Assembly (NCBI GenBank): GCA_027339965.1 | Contig: DAHWNL010000078.1 | Location: 64,001-128,000 of the forward strand | Source of the DNA: Granulicella sp. | GTDB lineage: Bacteria; Acidobacteriota; Terriglobia; Terriglobales; Acidobacteriaceae | Length of the DNA: 64,000 bases | Direction of reading: 5' to 3' | Part shown: in pieces, positions 9,772-19,518 of the stretch | Layout of the letters: each line of letters begins with the position of its first letter | Position numbering within the stretch: the first letter of the stretch is position 1 | The notes under the pieces: generated by a model | Told to the model about the DNA's origin: nothing | The model's database searches: none | The model's input: only the letters and a program-made list of their open reading frames with translations | Translations under genes and position numbers: made by a program

Positions 9772-10551
9772 TCATCCAATCTGAACGGCCAGCATCGAGA
9801 TCGAACCCCCGTCGACACCTTCTACAGGAAATTGAATCCTTTCACCCTCCTGCTGGGCGCCCAGCACATATAGCATCGGCAAGTAATGGTCCGGCGTCGG
9901 AACCGCAAGCATAGCCTCCGCTCCAAGCCGCTCGTAGTTGATCAGCGATTTGTACTCGCCGGCCAGCATTCTCTGTTTTGCTTCAGTCTCAAAGCGAATG
10001 GCCCAGTCATATGGGTCAGGCATGTGCTTTCCCCACGCGTAGGCATGAAGGTTATGGACCAGATTGCCGCTGCCGACGATCAAAATACCTTCCTCCCTCA
10101 ACGGCGCGAGCTTTTTGCCGACCTCAAAGTGAAAGACGCTTGGCTGCCCCTCATCGATGCTGAGCTGCACCACCGGAACGTCGGCCTCGGGATAGACATG
10201 CGTCAAAACAGACCATGTACCGTGATCGAGCCCCCAGGAGTCATCCAGTTCAACCTGCAACGGAGATAGCATCTTCTGCACGCGGCGAGCCAGATCAGGA
10301 TCCCCGGGAGCGGGATATTGCACCTGGTACAACTCCCGTGGAAATCCCCCAAAGTCATGAATGGTCCTCGGCGACGTACTCACGGTGATGCCAGTTCCCG
10401 GCACAAACCAGTGAGCGGAGATGGAGAGGATGGCCTTTGGCCGCCTCATCTGTCCTCCTATCGTCCGCCATGCCTGCGTATAGCGGTTCTGCGTGACGGC
10501 ATTCATCGGATTGCCGTGCCCAAAGAAGATTGCGGGTAATCTCTCACTCAT
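9772..10551 (-). CDS. ygiD: 4,5-DOPA-type extradiol dioxygenase (LigB/YgiD family)
   Basis: FFGHGNPMNA, SAHW, IHDFGGFP, GLDHGTW, GSGNLVHNL, PTPDHYLP. Confidence 0.9.
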   Translation of the reverse strand: MSERLPAIFFGHGNPMNAVTQNRYTQAWRTIGGQMRRPKAILSISAHWFVPGTGITVSTSPRTIHDFGGFPRELYQVQYPAPGDPDLARRVQKMLSPLQVELDDSWGLDHGTWSVLTHVYPEADVPVVQLSIDEGQPSVFHFEVGKKLAPLREEGILIVGSGNLVHNLHAYAWGKHMPDPYDWAIRFETEAKQRMLAGEYKSLINYERLGAEAMLAVPTPDHYLPMLYVLGAQQEGERIQFPVEGVDGGSISMLAVQIG

Positions 10552-11853
10552 CTCCAGTGCCTCTTTCAAGATCGGCATCGAGCCGACGTTCGCCCTTCCT
10601 GGCGTCAGGATGTATGCCTCTATGCTGCCGGAATCCATTTTGCAAGACGGAGCGAGTTTAACTGCAAGATCCACCTGTGCTTGGTAAATCGCCGACAGCG
10701 AATCCGTTCGGGCGCCATCCGAAGATCCGCTTGAAGAATCCGCTTGAGAGACAGACTTAGACAGTTCATATCCTCTTGTCCACCTCTTATGCTCTCCGGC
10801 GAACGCGCGCCCCTCCAGCCGAGCGGTCGAGTAGAAGTATCAGGTCTGATCCTCCGGAACCTTGGCCTCGCGTAGTGGCAAGCGGGTGGCTAGGAAGATA
10901 CCTTCCCAACGTTGGCTGCAATGCCCGATGAAGGATGAAACTTCGCCGATGCATCGGACCCATCCCTTTTCCTTTCTTCTGTTGGAAGCTGCGCTTCCCG
11001 AGTAACCACTTCACAAAATTCTACGTCTAATAAGACAAGTTGGGTGTGGGAGATATCCTGGGAAGGGTGTTCTATCCACACGCACAAGGAACAAGGAACA
11101 AAGCCCAAGAGGCGACAAGGAGAAGGTGGAGATGGTTTTGCCAGACCGGGATGTTGCAAAGCTTGTTGAGCGACGCATTGGCGCCGCTGTCGCAGCATCG
11201 TCGGCTGGAGCGCTAGAGACCGGTCTTTACGAGTCCATATCCGCCAAGGGTGCGGGCACCCTCACCGACGGTTCTCAAGCCAAAACCCGCATGAAGGGCG
11301 CGTTTCCCAATCAGGTTTCCCGCCTTCCTCTGGCCCGCACACTTGATACCATAACTGTAACCGTGGAGGTTTTGGCGCAACCAAGAGAGACCCTTGTCCA
11401 GAAGCGCATCCTCCCGTTAGGTCAATGGCCGGAAAGGCTTTTCACCCCAAGGCCATTCGCGCCATTGAGACGATCCACGGCCTACGAGCATAGTCGCGGC
11501 TTCAGGAGCGTATTCGCGGGTCTTTGTAGGCCATCCGACCGGGCATATTCATTCCAATGTAGTCGCGATGGATCATCTGGAGCCGATGCCAATCGCCATT
11601 TGCGCCTGGAAGAGAGTTGTCAGAGTTCCCCCCGGGCAGACCCCCCGGATTGAGATCGAAGGCAACTGTGGCAGTAGCAGCAGTGGATGTACCGCGGAAA
11701 GGTTTTTAGGACGAAGATTTGACGTTTCAACTTTAGTGACGCGATGCGTCTTTTGGCACCCTCGCAAGAGCCTTCGCAGACTTGGAGTCAGGGATGATAT
11801 ACCAGAGGTTCAGTCAGTCGGAACAAGAACGCTACAAGAAGCTTGGTTCTTCC

Positions 11854-12897
11854 ATGGCGGTATGGCGCACCTCCATCGTGGCCGGAGTCCTCGGACTTAG
11901 CGCAGCGGCAGTACAGGCGCAGGGCCCTGCGCTGCAAAACAGCTCTCAGCCCTTTACCAATACCCCGAGCGCGGCAGCGTTTTCCTCCTCGCTGGCATCT
12001 GCGGTTCCTTCGGTCGATTCGCTGTTTTCTTCCAGTTCCAGTTCCAGCTCAGATGCGGACTCCCCGCTGATGGAGGCCAAGCTGTTCCCGTCTTCTTCTT
12101 TGCCGACCGGGACCGGTCACCAGAACAGCAACCCCTGGGGCACTCAACAATACAAGCGCCCTCTGTATAACTCCGGAGGGAACAGGGACGGGTCAAGCCG
12201 GTGGATCATTTACGGCGGAGGTGGCATCACAGAGCCGATCGGAAACACCCACAACTATCTGACCGACAACTTTGCACTGCAAGCGGGAGCCGGCTATCAA
12301 TTCAGCAGACACTTCTCGCTCCCCATCGAGTTTGACTGGGACCAGTTCGGCATGACCAAGCAAAACCTTGACAACCAGATCCTGATCTACGACAACGTCT
12401 ATGGTAAGGGTGCGTTGAATGGAATTCTCAACGGAAACAGCCATATCTGGTCGTTCTCTCTGGAGCCACGGTATGCCTTCCGCACCGGCAGCGGATGGAA
12501 TCCATACGTCGTGGGCGGCGTTGGCTTCTATCACAAGGTGGCTAACTTTACCGTGCCCGCGGCTGCTCCGTGCTATGGGGGATACGGATACGGATACGGA
12601 TACGGGGGCGGTTACGGCTACGGCGGCTTCTATGGCTTCTGCGGCGCGAACCTCAACATTGATCACTACACCTCCAACGCTCCTGGATTCGATGGTGGAG
12701 CCGGCCTTGCCTACAACCTTTCCGATACGCGCTTTAGCTTTTACGCCCAGGCAGAGTATGTGTACATCGATAACTCACTGAGAAAAGGCATCACGATCGC
12801 TAACTACACAGATACTCCCTACAAGACCTACAACCTGTATCCACCGAACAGCTACCATACCAACTACATTCCGATCACGTTCGGTATTCGCTTCTAG
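11854..12897 (+). CDS. outer membrane beta-barrel protein (start uncertain, 11782-11854)
   Basis: Signal peptide (…AAAVQA), Ser-rich linker, amphipathic strands (PYVVGGVGFY), C-terminal IPITFGIRF. Confidence 0.8.
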   Translation: MAVWRTSIVAGVLGLSAAAVQAQGPALQNSSQPFTNTPSAAAFSSSLASAVPSVDSLFSSSSSSSSDADSPLMEAKLFPSSSLPTGTGHQNSNPWGTQQYKRPLYNSGGNRDGSSRWIIYGGGGITEPIGNTHNYLTDNFALQAGAGYQFSRHFSLPIEFDWDQFGMTKQNLDNQILIYDNVYGKGALNGILNGNSHIWSFSLEPRYAFRTGSGWNPYVVGGVGFYHKVANFTVPAAAPCYGGYGYGYGYGGGYGYGGFYGFCGANLNIDHYTSNAPGFDGGAGLAYNLSDTRFSFYAQAEYVYIDNSLRKGITIANYTDTPYKTYNLYPPNSYHTNYIPITFGIRF

Positions 12898-12917
12898 ACT
12901 CCACCGCCACAGAGGAC

Positions 12918-12952
12918 AAAAGGGGCAAGGTTGATGAACCTTACCCCTTTTT
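12918..12952 (+). terminator. rho-independent terminator
   Basis: AAAAGGGGCAAGGTT-GATG-AACCTTACCCCTTTTT hairpin with a T tract, 20 bp after the OMP stop. Confidence 0.7.
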
Positions 12953-13092
12953 CTTTCCCTTATGGCAGTAATCGGGAGATGAACAAGATGATCTTGCTGA
13001 ATCTAGCAGAACTTGTTTCGGCTTCGCCTCCCCAACCCGGAGAAAGATCTCTGGCTCCAACCTGAAAATGAAAGCAAGGCAGCACGAAGCAA

Positions 13093-15111
13093 ATGACGAT
13101 CCCTGCGATGCAGCAAAGAAGATGGAAAGGCGCCCTGGCAGGATTCTTCTGGCTCCAGCTCGCATGGCTGCTTTTGTCGAGTTGCGGAGGCAACAAGTCG
13201 ATTCCGACGCCGTTCCAGCCCGCGCCTCAACCGGTCTTCGGGCAGAGCGGATCGGTGACGATTTCCCCGGAGTTTGTGGCTCTGGGGATAGGACAAACTC
13301 AGCAGTTCACCGCGACCGTTGCCGGCGGAGGAGGAGCCATCCAATGGTCTCTGACGTGCGCCAGCAACTCCAAAGTCGGATGTGGAACTCTCTCCTCAAA
13401 CGGACTTTACACGGCTCCGGCGATCCCGTTTCAATCCCAGAATGCGATGATTACGGCGCAGCTCGCAAGCTCGCCGCAGAACAATTATGCGCAGGCTCTG
13501 GCAGCGCTGGTGAACTCGGGCCTGGTCTCCCCTACTGCGAATCCTCAAGTGGCAAGCTATGCGCTGAATCTGCCTGATCCGGGATCGATGACAGTGAACT
13601 TCGGCAAAACCACAGCATATGGATTTCCTACTTCGGCCCAGACCATCTCCGCGGCAAACACAGTAACAGTGCTCGTCGCCGGCATGATCGGAAATACGCA
13701 ATACCACATGCAAGCCACAGCGGTCCTGACCGCGATTACGGCGAGTGGGCAGAGGTTGAGCGCGACTTTCACCGATAACGATCACCCGTTCACCACCGGC
13801 ACGCCGTTCGCAACCTCACCGGTAACCGCAGGTGCAGTAGGCGGAGCCACGCCGCAGCCGGGAATTGAACTCTTCGATACAGCGCAACCGCAAGCGCCCG
13901 CGATGGCGTTTGCCACCGACCTGAAAGGAAATGTGATCTGGACCTATAGTTACAAGCTGACGGGAACGGGTGGAACCGGCTCGGTAGCAGACCTGATACA
14001 GCCGATCTATCTGCTGCCGAACGGGAATTTCCTGGTGCAGATCTCGTATCTGTCGTCGCTCCCGGTACACAAAGCGCAGGTGCTGCCATCTGGCACGCTG
14101 GACGAGGTGCGCGAGGTGAATCTTGCCGGCACCACCGTTCAGGAATTCACAGCTTCGAGTGTGCGCGCCGCCGTTGCCGCGAACCCGGCGCTCTCCGGCC
14201 AGCTCAGTGGTGTGACGCTGGGCAGCCTTCATCACGATGTGCTGGCGGTACCCAAGACTGGGCACATGGTGCTGCTGTTTTCGGCCACCAAGACGGTGAA
14301 CATAAGCCCGGCGATCAAGGGAATCGGCGGAGTTACTTACAGCGGTCCCACACCTGTGCTGGGAGATGTACTCGTCGATCTGGATCAAAACGGCAGCCCG
14401 GATTGGGTGTGGAACGCGTTCGAGAATCTTGACGTGAACCGGGTTCCATGGCCACAGCAGTTTCCAGACTGGACGCACTCCAACGCCTTGCTCTACTCCC
14501 GCAGCGACCACAATCTTCTGCTCTCCATTCGTCACCAGAACTGGATCGTCAAAATCGATTACGAGAATGGCACTGGCAGTGGAAACGTCATGTGGCGATT
14601 GGGCGAGGGTGGAGACTTTACACTGCAAGGGGGCACGGACCCGACGGATTGGTTTTACGCCCAGCACGGACCCAATTTCTTCACCACCAACACAATCGGC
14701 AACTTCACGCTGGGCGTGATGGATAACGGAGATGACCGGGAGTTCCCCGGGGAGTTGGCGAATGGAGGTGCGAATTGTCCATCTGCGGGCGTCAGTACAG
14801 CGGCTACCAGCCAGTGCTACTCGACAATGCTGGTCCTGGATGTGAACGAAACCAGCAAGACAGCAACAATCACCGAACGTTACCAGCCAACGCCCGCCGT
14901 ATACAGCTTCTTCGGCGGCGATGTATCTGTGCTTCAGAACGGCGATCGACACGTGGATTTCTGCTCTCCAACAGGTGGAACGCAGGTCTATGAGCGAGGC
15001 GGTCCCGTTGGATCAGGACAGGTGGTGTGGCAGGCAGTGACGAAGGGAGTGAATCAGAATCAGTATCGAACCGACCGACTCCCAAGCCTCTATCCGGGGG
15101 TAACCTGGTGA
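13093..15111 (+). CDS. arylsulfotransferase (ASST) family lipoprotein with N-terminal Ig-like domain
   Basis: Lipobox LLSSC; HHD, DWTHSNAL, LLSIRHQNWIVKID and FYAQH motifs typical of ASST. Confidence 0.8.
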   Translation: MTIPAMQQRRWKGALAGFFWLQLAWLLLSSCGGNKSIPTPFQPAPQPVFGQSGSVTISPEFVALGIGQTQQFTATVAGGGGAIQWSLTCASNSKVGCGTLSSNGLYTAPAIPFQSQNAMITAQLASSPQNNYAQALAALVNSGLVSPTANPQVASYALNLPDPGSMTVNFGKTTAYGFPTSAQTISAANTVTVLVAGMIGNTQYHMQATAVLTAITASGQRLSATFTDNDHPFTTGTPFATSPVTAGAVGGATPQPGIELFDTAQPQAPAMAFATDLKGNVIWTYSYKLTGTGGTGSVADLIQPIYLLPNGNFLVQISYLSSLPVHKAQVLPSGTLDEVREVNLAGTTVQEFTASSVRAAVAANPALSGQLSGVTLGSLHHDVLAVPKTGHMVLLFSATKTVNISPAIKGIGGVTYSGPTPVLGDVLVDLDQNGSPDWVWNAFENLDVNRVPWPQQFPDWTHSNALLYSRSDHNLLLSIRHQNWIVKIDYENGTGSGNVMWRLGEGGDFTLQGGTDPTDWFYAQHGPNFFTTNTIGNFTLGVMDNGDDREFPGELANGGANCPSAGVSTAATSQCYSTMLVLDVNETSKTATITERYQPTPAVYSFFGGDVSVLQNGDRHVDFCSPTGGTQVYERGGPVGSGQVVWQAVTKGVNQNQYRTDRLPSLYPGVTW

Positions 15112-15257
15112 CGGGACCGCTGCTGACCTCAGCCAAGGATCCGCCTATTCCTCGGTACCATCCAGACACAGGCGAGGATGCCGGCCAGTGCGACCGATCT
15201 CTCTACCGGACCTTCGATCTCTAGCCGCTAAGTTTTTTGTGCTCTAATAGAGTTGTT

Positions 15258-15344
15258 GGCTTGATGGCGGAATCGGCATACGCGGTGGTCTCAAAAACCA
15301 TTGGGAGCAATCCCGTGTGGGTTCAAGTCCCACTCAAGCCACCA
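15258..15344 (+). tRNA. tRNA-Leu(CAA)
   Basis: Acceptor stem GGCTTGA/TCAAGCC, discriminator A plus CCA, anticodon loop CTCAAAA, long variable arm, T loop GTTCAAGTC. Confidence 0.93.
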
Positions 15345-15659
15345 CATCGATTCAACCTGCTTCCCTCCCAAAATCCTCATGCCGAGGGTTCTTCCGGCCA
15401 GCCCCCAAGCACCATGGCTCACTTGCCCTCGCCCCCGCAGAACGCGATATCTGGCAATTGGCTGGGATAACGGCACCGGTACCGGTGCCGAAACCGCAGA
15501 AGGCTGCGCCATGGAGGACAGACCGGACCACGCGGGGTCGGCACAATACTCCTCCCAATCTCCGGGAGCATGTGCTGTTGAGCCCCTGATCGACCAGCTC
15601 CTGTCCTTACCTGTCCTGTCCGCGGCGCATACCGTATACTCACTGCGGAGGGAAAGCCT

Positions 15660-16163
15660 TTGGAAATTCGTATCCCAACCGTACCCCCATCCGGGGCCTC
15701 GCCCGTCACGGGACGGACCGCAGCGCGTCTGCTTGGCGTGTTCTTCCTTTTTGCCTCTTCCCTTCTTGCAGCGCCGATTCCAGCCCGCGCACAAGATGCC
15801 GCGCTTCTGGCCAAAGCGAAGGCCGGCGATGAAGCATCTCAACTTCACCTCGGCGACTTCTATGCCGGTTTGAACACAGAGGACGGTTACACGCAGGCTG
15901 CTCTTTGGTACCGGAAAGCCGCCGATCAAGGTGATCCCAAGGCACAGTTTGCCCTAGGTAGCCTTTACTGCTGGCATCAGGGAGTCCCACTGGATTTCTC
16001 TACCGCCTACTTCTGGCTTGATCTGGCCGTTACTGCGGGTGTCCCTGACGACAATCACATGCGCAGCTACGCTTGGTCTCACCTGTCGGCAGATCAGGTA
16101 GCGGCAGCCCAGCAAAAGGTGAAAGCATGGCAGCATTCCCACAAGGAGAAGTCCGCCTCGTAG
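15660..16163 (+). CDS. Sel1-repeat exported protein
   Basis: Signal peptide; WYRKAADQGDPKAQFALGSLY and GVPLDFSTAYFW Sel1 motifs. Confidence 0.8.
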   Translation: MEIRIPTVPPSGASPVTGRTAARLLGVFFLFASSLLAAPIPARAQDAALLAKAKAGDEASQLHLGDFYAGLNTEDGYTQAALWYRKAADQGDPKAQFALGSLYCWHQGVPLDFSTAYFWLDLAVTAGVPDDNHMRSYAWSHLSADQVAAAQQKVKAWQHSHKEKSAS

Positions 16164-16269
16164 AGGCTATGCGAGGAGGATCCAGGTCCAGCGGAGCTTT
16201 CCCCTGTTGAGCAACCGCCTTGGCCTACGGGCGTGCGGCCTCCGCAAGCGCTTTGGATACTTTGGATGA

Positions 16270-16435
16270 AGAAGACCGCTGTCACCAAGAGAGGCCCTCC
16301 GTCACCGCAGGAACGATCTTTGATCGCAGCCGTGTTCCGTTGGCGGACTGGTTTACGGCGATCTGTTCGATGACCAACCAGAAGTACGGCATCAGCACGC
16401 CCGCTTTGCAGCGGTTGCTGGGCTTGGGCAGCTAG
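16270..16435 (+). pseudogene. IS1595-family transposase remnant
   Basis: SVTAGTIFDRSRVPLADWF...TNQKYGISTPALQRLLGLGS* resembles the IS1595 N-terminal region; stop falls where YxTAW is expected and no DDE domain follows. Confidence 0.7.
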
Positions 16436-16657
16436 TAACCGCCCGGCAAAGCCGGAGGCTACTTGCCTTCATCCCCGAAAGTTTCAGGGTTCCTTGCGGC
16501 GAATGCTTGGGTAAACTGCTACAACACGCTCGTTGACCGTTGCTCCTGGGTATGTGCTCTGACGGGCTCCGCGGTGAGTCGTCGGGATGGATGACCCAGA
16601 ATGCCAAATGGCCACTGGCGCCCCCTCCTGGGCTTGCGTAACTCATGGAGATGGCGC

Positions 16658-18862
16658 CTACGACTCCATGATGACTGCCGCTGAACGCGGTGGAATTCGA
16701 AGCGAACCGCTGAAGGACTTGGCGTCTGGCTCCTCGGGTGTGGCAAAGACAAGCTTGCCCGCGTTGGGCAAGTCCAACGTAACGGTAACCGACTTTGTCT
16801 GTTCGAGACTGGCGACGACAACCGCGCGCTGGCCTCCTGAACGGCGAAAGACCGTGTAGCGGACCTTTCCGTCGGCAGGCACGTTGGCTCCAAGATTGTC
16901 GCGGAACTCGGCATCCCAGACCCATGCTTGATACCTTTTACGCAAAGCATCCACCTTTTTGCCGTACTCCAGCGTGAGCGGGAAATCTGTGATGTGTCCT
17001 TTGAAGTGATAAGGTTCGTACTCCATGATGTAGCGATAGAGCAGGCACAGGTTGATCTCATCCCGGGCGTTGAAGCCGCGGACAGCCGCCATGAGCGGGG
17101 CTTGCGGATCAATGTAGCGCAGAGCGTGAACCGTGCCCCAATTGATGCGGTAGTAGCCAAGCACATAGTATGGCATCAGCCAGTCGCCTGGTCCCTCCCC
17201 GGAGAAGAGAAAATCTTCGCCATTGGCGGCGCCGCCGGGCAGGAAGTAGTTGGAAGGGGTGTTGACTGCGGCCTGACGGAACTGCCTGGCGAGCGGGATA
17301 TCTGCATTGAAAAGATAGCCGGGCGGGTTATAGCCGTGATCGGCGCTGAAGTTATAGATCACGCCATTGTGTTGCATCACTTCGTCGAAAAGCCAGCCGG
17401 CAGCACCAAGCTTGACCGTCTTTTCAAACTCGTGCGTTGCAATGTCGCGGTACTCCTGGCAACAGACATCCATGATGGCCCTGCGGCGGTTGTTGATTCC
17501 AGCCAGTTGGACTGGCGTGGTGTAGCTGTAGCCACCCGCCTCGTACTTGTCGCCGTAAGGGTCCGTGCACTCGTACTTATAAAGAACTTCCTTGTACCAG
17601 GATCTGGAGATCGCGGCAAAGATGGGCTTGCCAAACAGGATGATCTTGACTCCCATGGCCTGAATCTTTGCAATCGCATCGTGAAGCTGCTCCCAGGTAC
17701 CGAGGCCAGGATCCGTGGAAAGATCGGGATCCCCTCCATCCTGGCCTCCGTAAGCCCAGCCGACGACTTGGATGGCGCGCACGCCGTTCTCTGCGCACTC
17801 CTTGCCGTAGTGCACAAGATCCGTATAGGGGACCAGGTAGTCCTGCTCCGCTCCATCCACGCGTAGTTGTTGCCAGGAGTGAACTTCTTTCACCCAGGCT
17901 GGAATAGGCGGCCTGCCGAACCATGTGGCGCGCCACTGCTTGTAAATGTCCAGGCCGGCGTGCCAGTCACCCGAATAGGGGCGCACCACGATGGGCGCGA
18001 GATGGAAGGAGGATTTAGGATGCGCAAAGACGAAGTGGCAGGGTCTGAATTCAAGATGCACCGGGATCCCGGAGATATCATCGGTGCGTGGAACGGCGTT
18101 GGCATTCGCATCCACCACGCCCGGAAGCTGGGAGAAGATAAATTGCAGGAAATAGCGGATCTCAGGGTCTTTCATGACCACGTACATGCCCTGCTGGGGT
18201 GACTGAATCAGGCAGAACTGGCTTTGAAATGCGCCCGTGTTGATGATCTTGGTGGGGTAACGATCGCCCCAATAGCCCAGGTTATTTGCAAAGCTGGGAT
18301 AAAGTTCCTGGGTCTGCAAAGCACCGACGAACATGGAATGCGCCAGCATCGCTGCGTTGGGCATGGGCGGAGTCAGATCCCCGAAGTAGGGATACTCGAC
18401 GGTATCAACGCTCAGATCCGACTGATTGTCAACCACACCATCAAACACAAGTTCCCCACTTTGCAGCGTCACGGTTGCTGTGAAGGTAATCGGTAGCACG
18501 CCTGCATGCTCACTGAGCAAATCTGTCCATTGGATCTGGACTCGGTTGTGAGCGATCTTCTCCACACGCTGGGCGCGTTGCTTGTGTCCGAGGACAAAGT
18601 TGTCGCTGCGTTCCGGCAGGGGAACCATCATGCGAAAAGAAGCACCGAGAGCAGGACGCCGCTCAATGGACCATTTGGTGGACTTGCGCTGCATCCGGGT
18701 GAGTGCGCCGGAGCGGGGATTGAATGCCAGGATCACCTCCGCGTCTTCGAGCACAACCTCGCCGCTGGCGGCAGCATCCTGCGCCACACTTGCGTTGTCA
18801 ACTTCGGCCAGAGCAGCCAGCGCGGTAAAGCCAGCCAGTTTATGAAACGCTCTACGATCCAT
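16658..18862 (-). CDS. Tat-exported putative glycoside hydrolase (DUF6259-like TIM barrel)
   Basis: Twin-arginine signal MDRRAFHKL; YSGDWHAGLDIYKQW, IQVVGW..GGQD, LGAAGWLFDE and FSGEG motifs of GH-type barrels. Confidence 0.65.
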   Translation of the reverse strand: MDRRAFHKLAGFTALAALAEVDNASVAQDAAASGEVVLEDAEVILAFNPRSGALTRMQRKSTKWSIERRPALGASFRMMVPLPERSDNFVLGHKQRAQRVEKIAHNRVQIQWTDLLSEHAGVLPITFTATVTLQSGELVFDGVVDNQSDLSVDTVEYPYFGDLTPPMPNAAMLAHSMFVGALQTQELYPSFANNLGYWGDRYPTKIINTGAFQSQFCLIQSPQQGMYVVMKDPEIRYFLQFIFSQLPGVVDANANAVPRTDDISGIPVHLEFRPCHFVFAHPKSSFHLAPIVVRPYSGDWHAGLDIYKQWRATWFGRPPIPAWVKEVHSWQQLRVDGAEQDYLVPYTDLVHYGKECAENGVRAIQVVGWAYGGQDGGDPDLSTDPGLGTWEQLHDAIAKIQAMGVKIILFGKPIFAAISRSWYKEVLYKYECTDPYGDKYEAGGYSYTTPVQLAGINNRRRAIMDVCCQEYRDIATHEFEKTVKLGAAGWLFDEVMQHNGVIYNFSADHGYNPPGYLFNADIPLARQFRQAAVNTPSNYFLPGGAANGEDFLFSGEGPGDWLMPYYVLGYYRINWGTVHALRYIDPQAPLMAAVRGFNARDEINLCLLYRYIMEYEPYHFKGHITDFPLTLEYGKKVDALRKRYQAWVWDAEFRDNLGANVPADGKVRYTVFRRSGGQRAVVVASLEQTKSVTVTLDLPNAGKLVFATPEEPDAKSFSGSLRIPPRSAAVIMES

Positions 18863-19293
18863 TGCATTCTCCGTTTCGGGATGTCTATCCATGTCGGCGA
18901 CCCGCTGGGCGTTGCCTGCTCATTCAAGAGACCGGTTTTCTCAGGCTTGCTTGGCGTTCTGGTTGCACCACGTTGCACAGCTCGCAATCAAGCTTAGCCC
19001 AAGCAACCGCAACCTGATTTGAGCCCTGTTCAGGGGTCCGCAAACACCCTTCCAATGTCGAGGGAGCATGCCAGGCGCGGCGACGCAAAAAAGAGATGGC
19101 TGGTTGTGGATCGCGATGGAGAGAATCTCTGAAAATGGGCTCTCTGGAGAGAAACCTGTCGACACAGACCTCAAGAAGCATCTCTTGGAAGGCTTCCTGC
19201 GCTCCAGTGGACATCCAAACACGCACCCTCCAGCGTTCTTTGCTGAAAAGAGAAGCAGGCATAGGGCGCTGACCCGTGAGGTGGAGGAACAAC

Positions 19294-19323
19294 TTGCAAT
19301 AATCGCTTCCAATCGATTATACG
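19294..19323 (+). promoter_or_regulatory. putative sigma70 promoter of the MFS gene with overlapping CAATCGAT motif
   Basis: TTGCAA-N18-TATACG; the spacer contains AATCGCT and CAATCGAT. Confidence 0.45.
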
Positions 19324-19518
19324 TGGAGCAGGAATCTGTGATCGAGTGCAGGTCCAGCTACCGCCCGGGCACAAGTGCGAGCACGGCAAGAAGCCGAATC
19401 ACAACACGCCATGCCGCTTTTGACGTAACCTTCTCGAAACGACCAACCCGCCTGAACGGATGGCTTTTGCGACCGGAAGCATCCTGCGGGCAGATCAATC
19501 AGAACGGAAGCTCGCAAT

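Noticed and set aside
10690..11780. ORF 11126-11653 and neighbours in a 1.1-kb gap
   Set aside because: No family motifs, RBS or recognisable RNA structure I could support.
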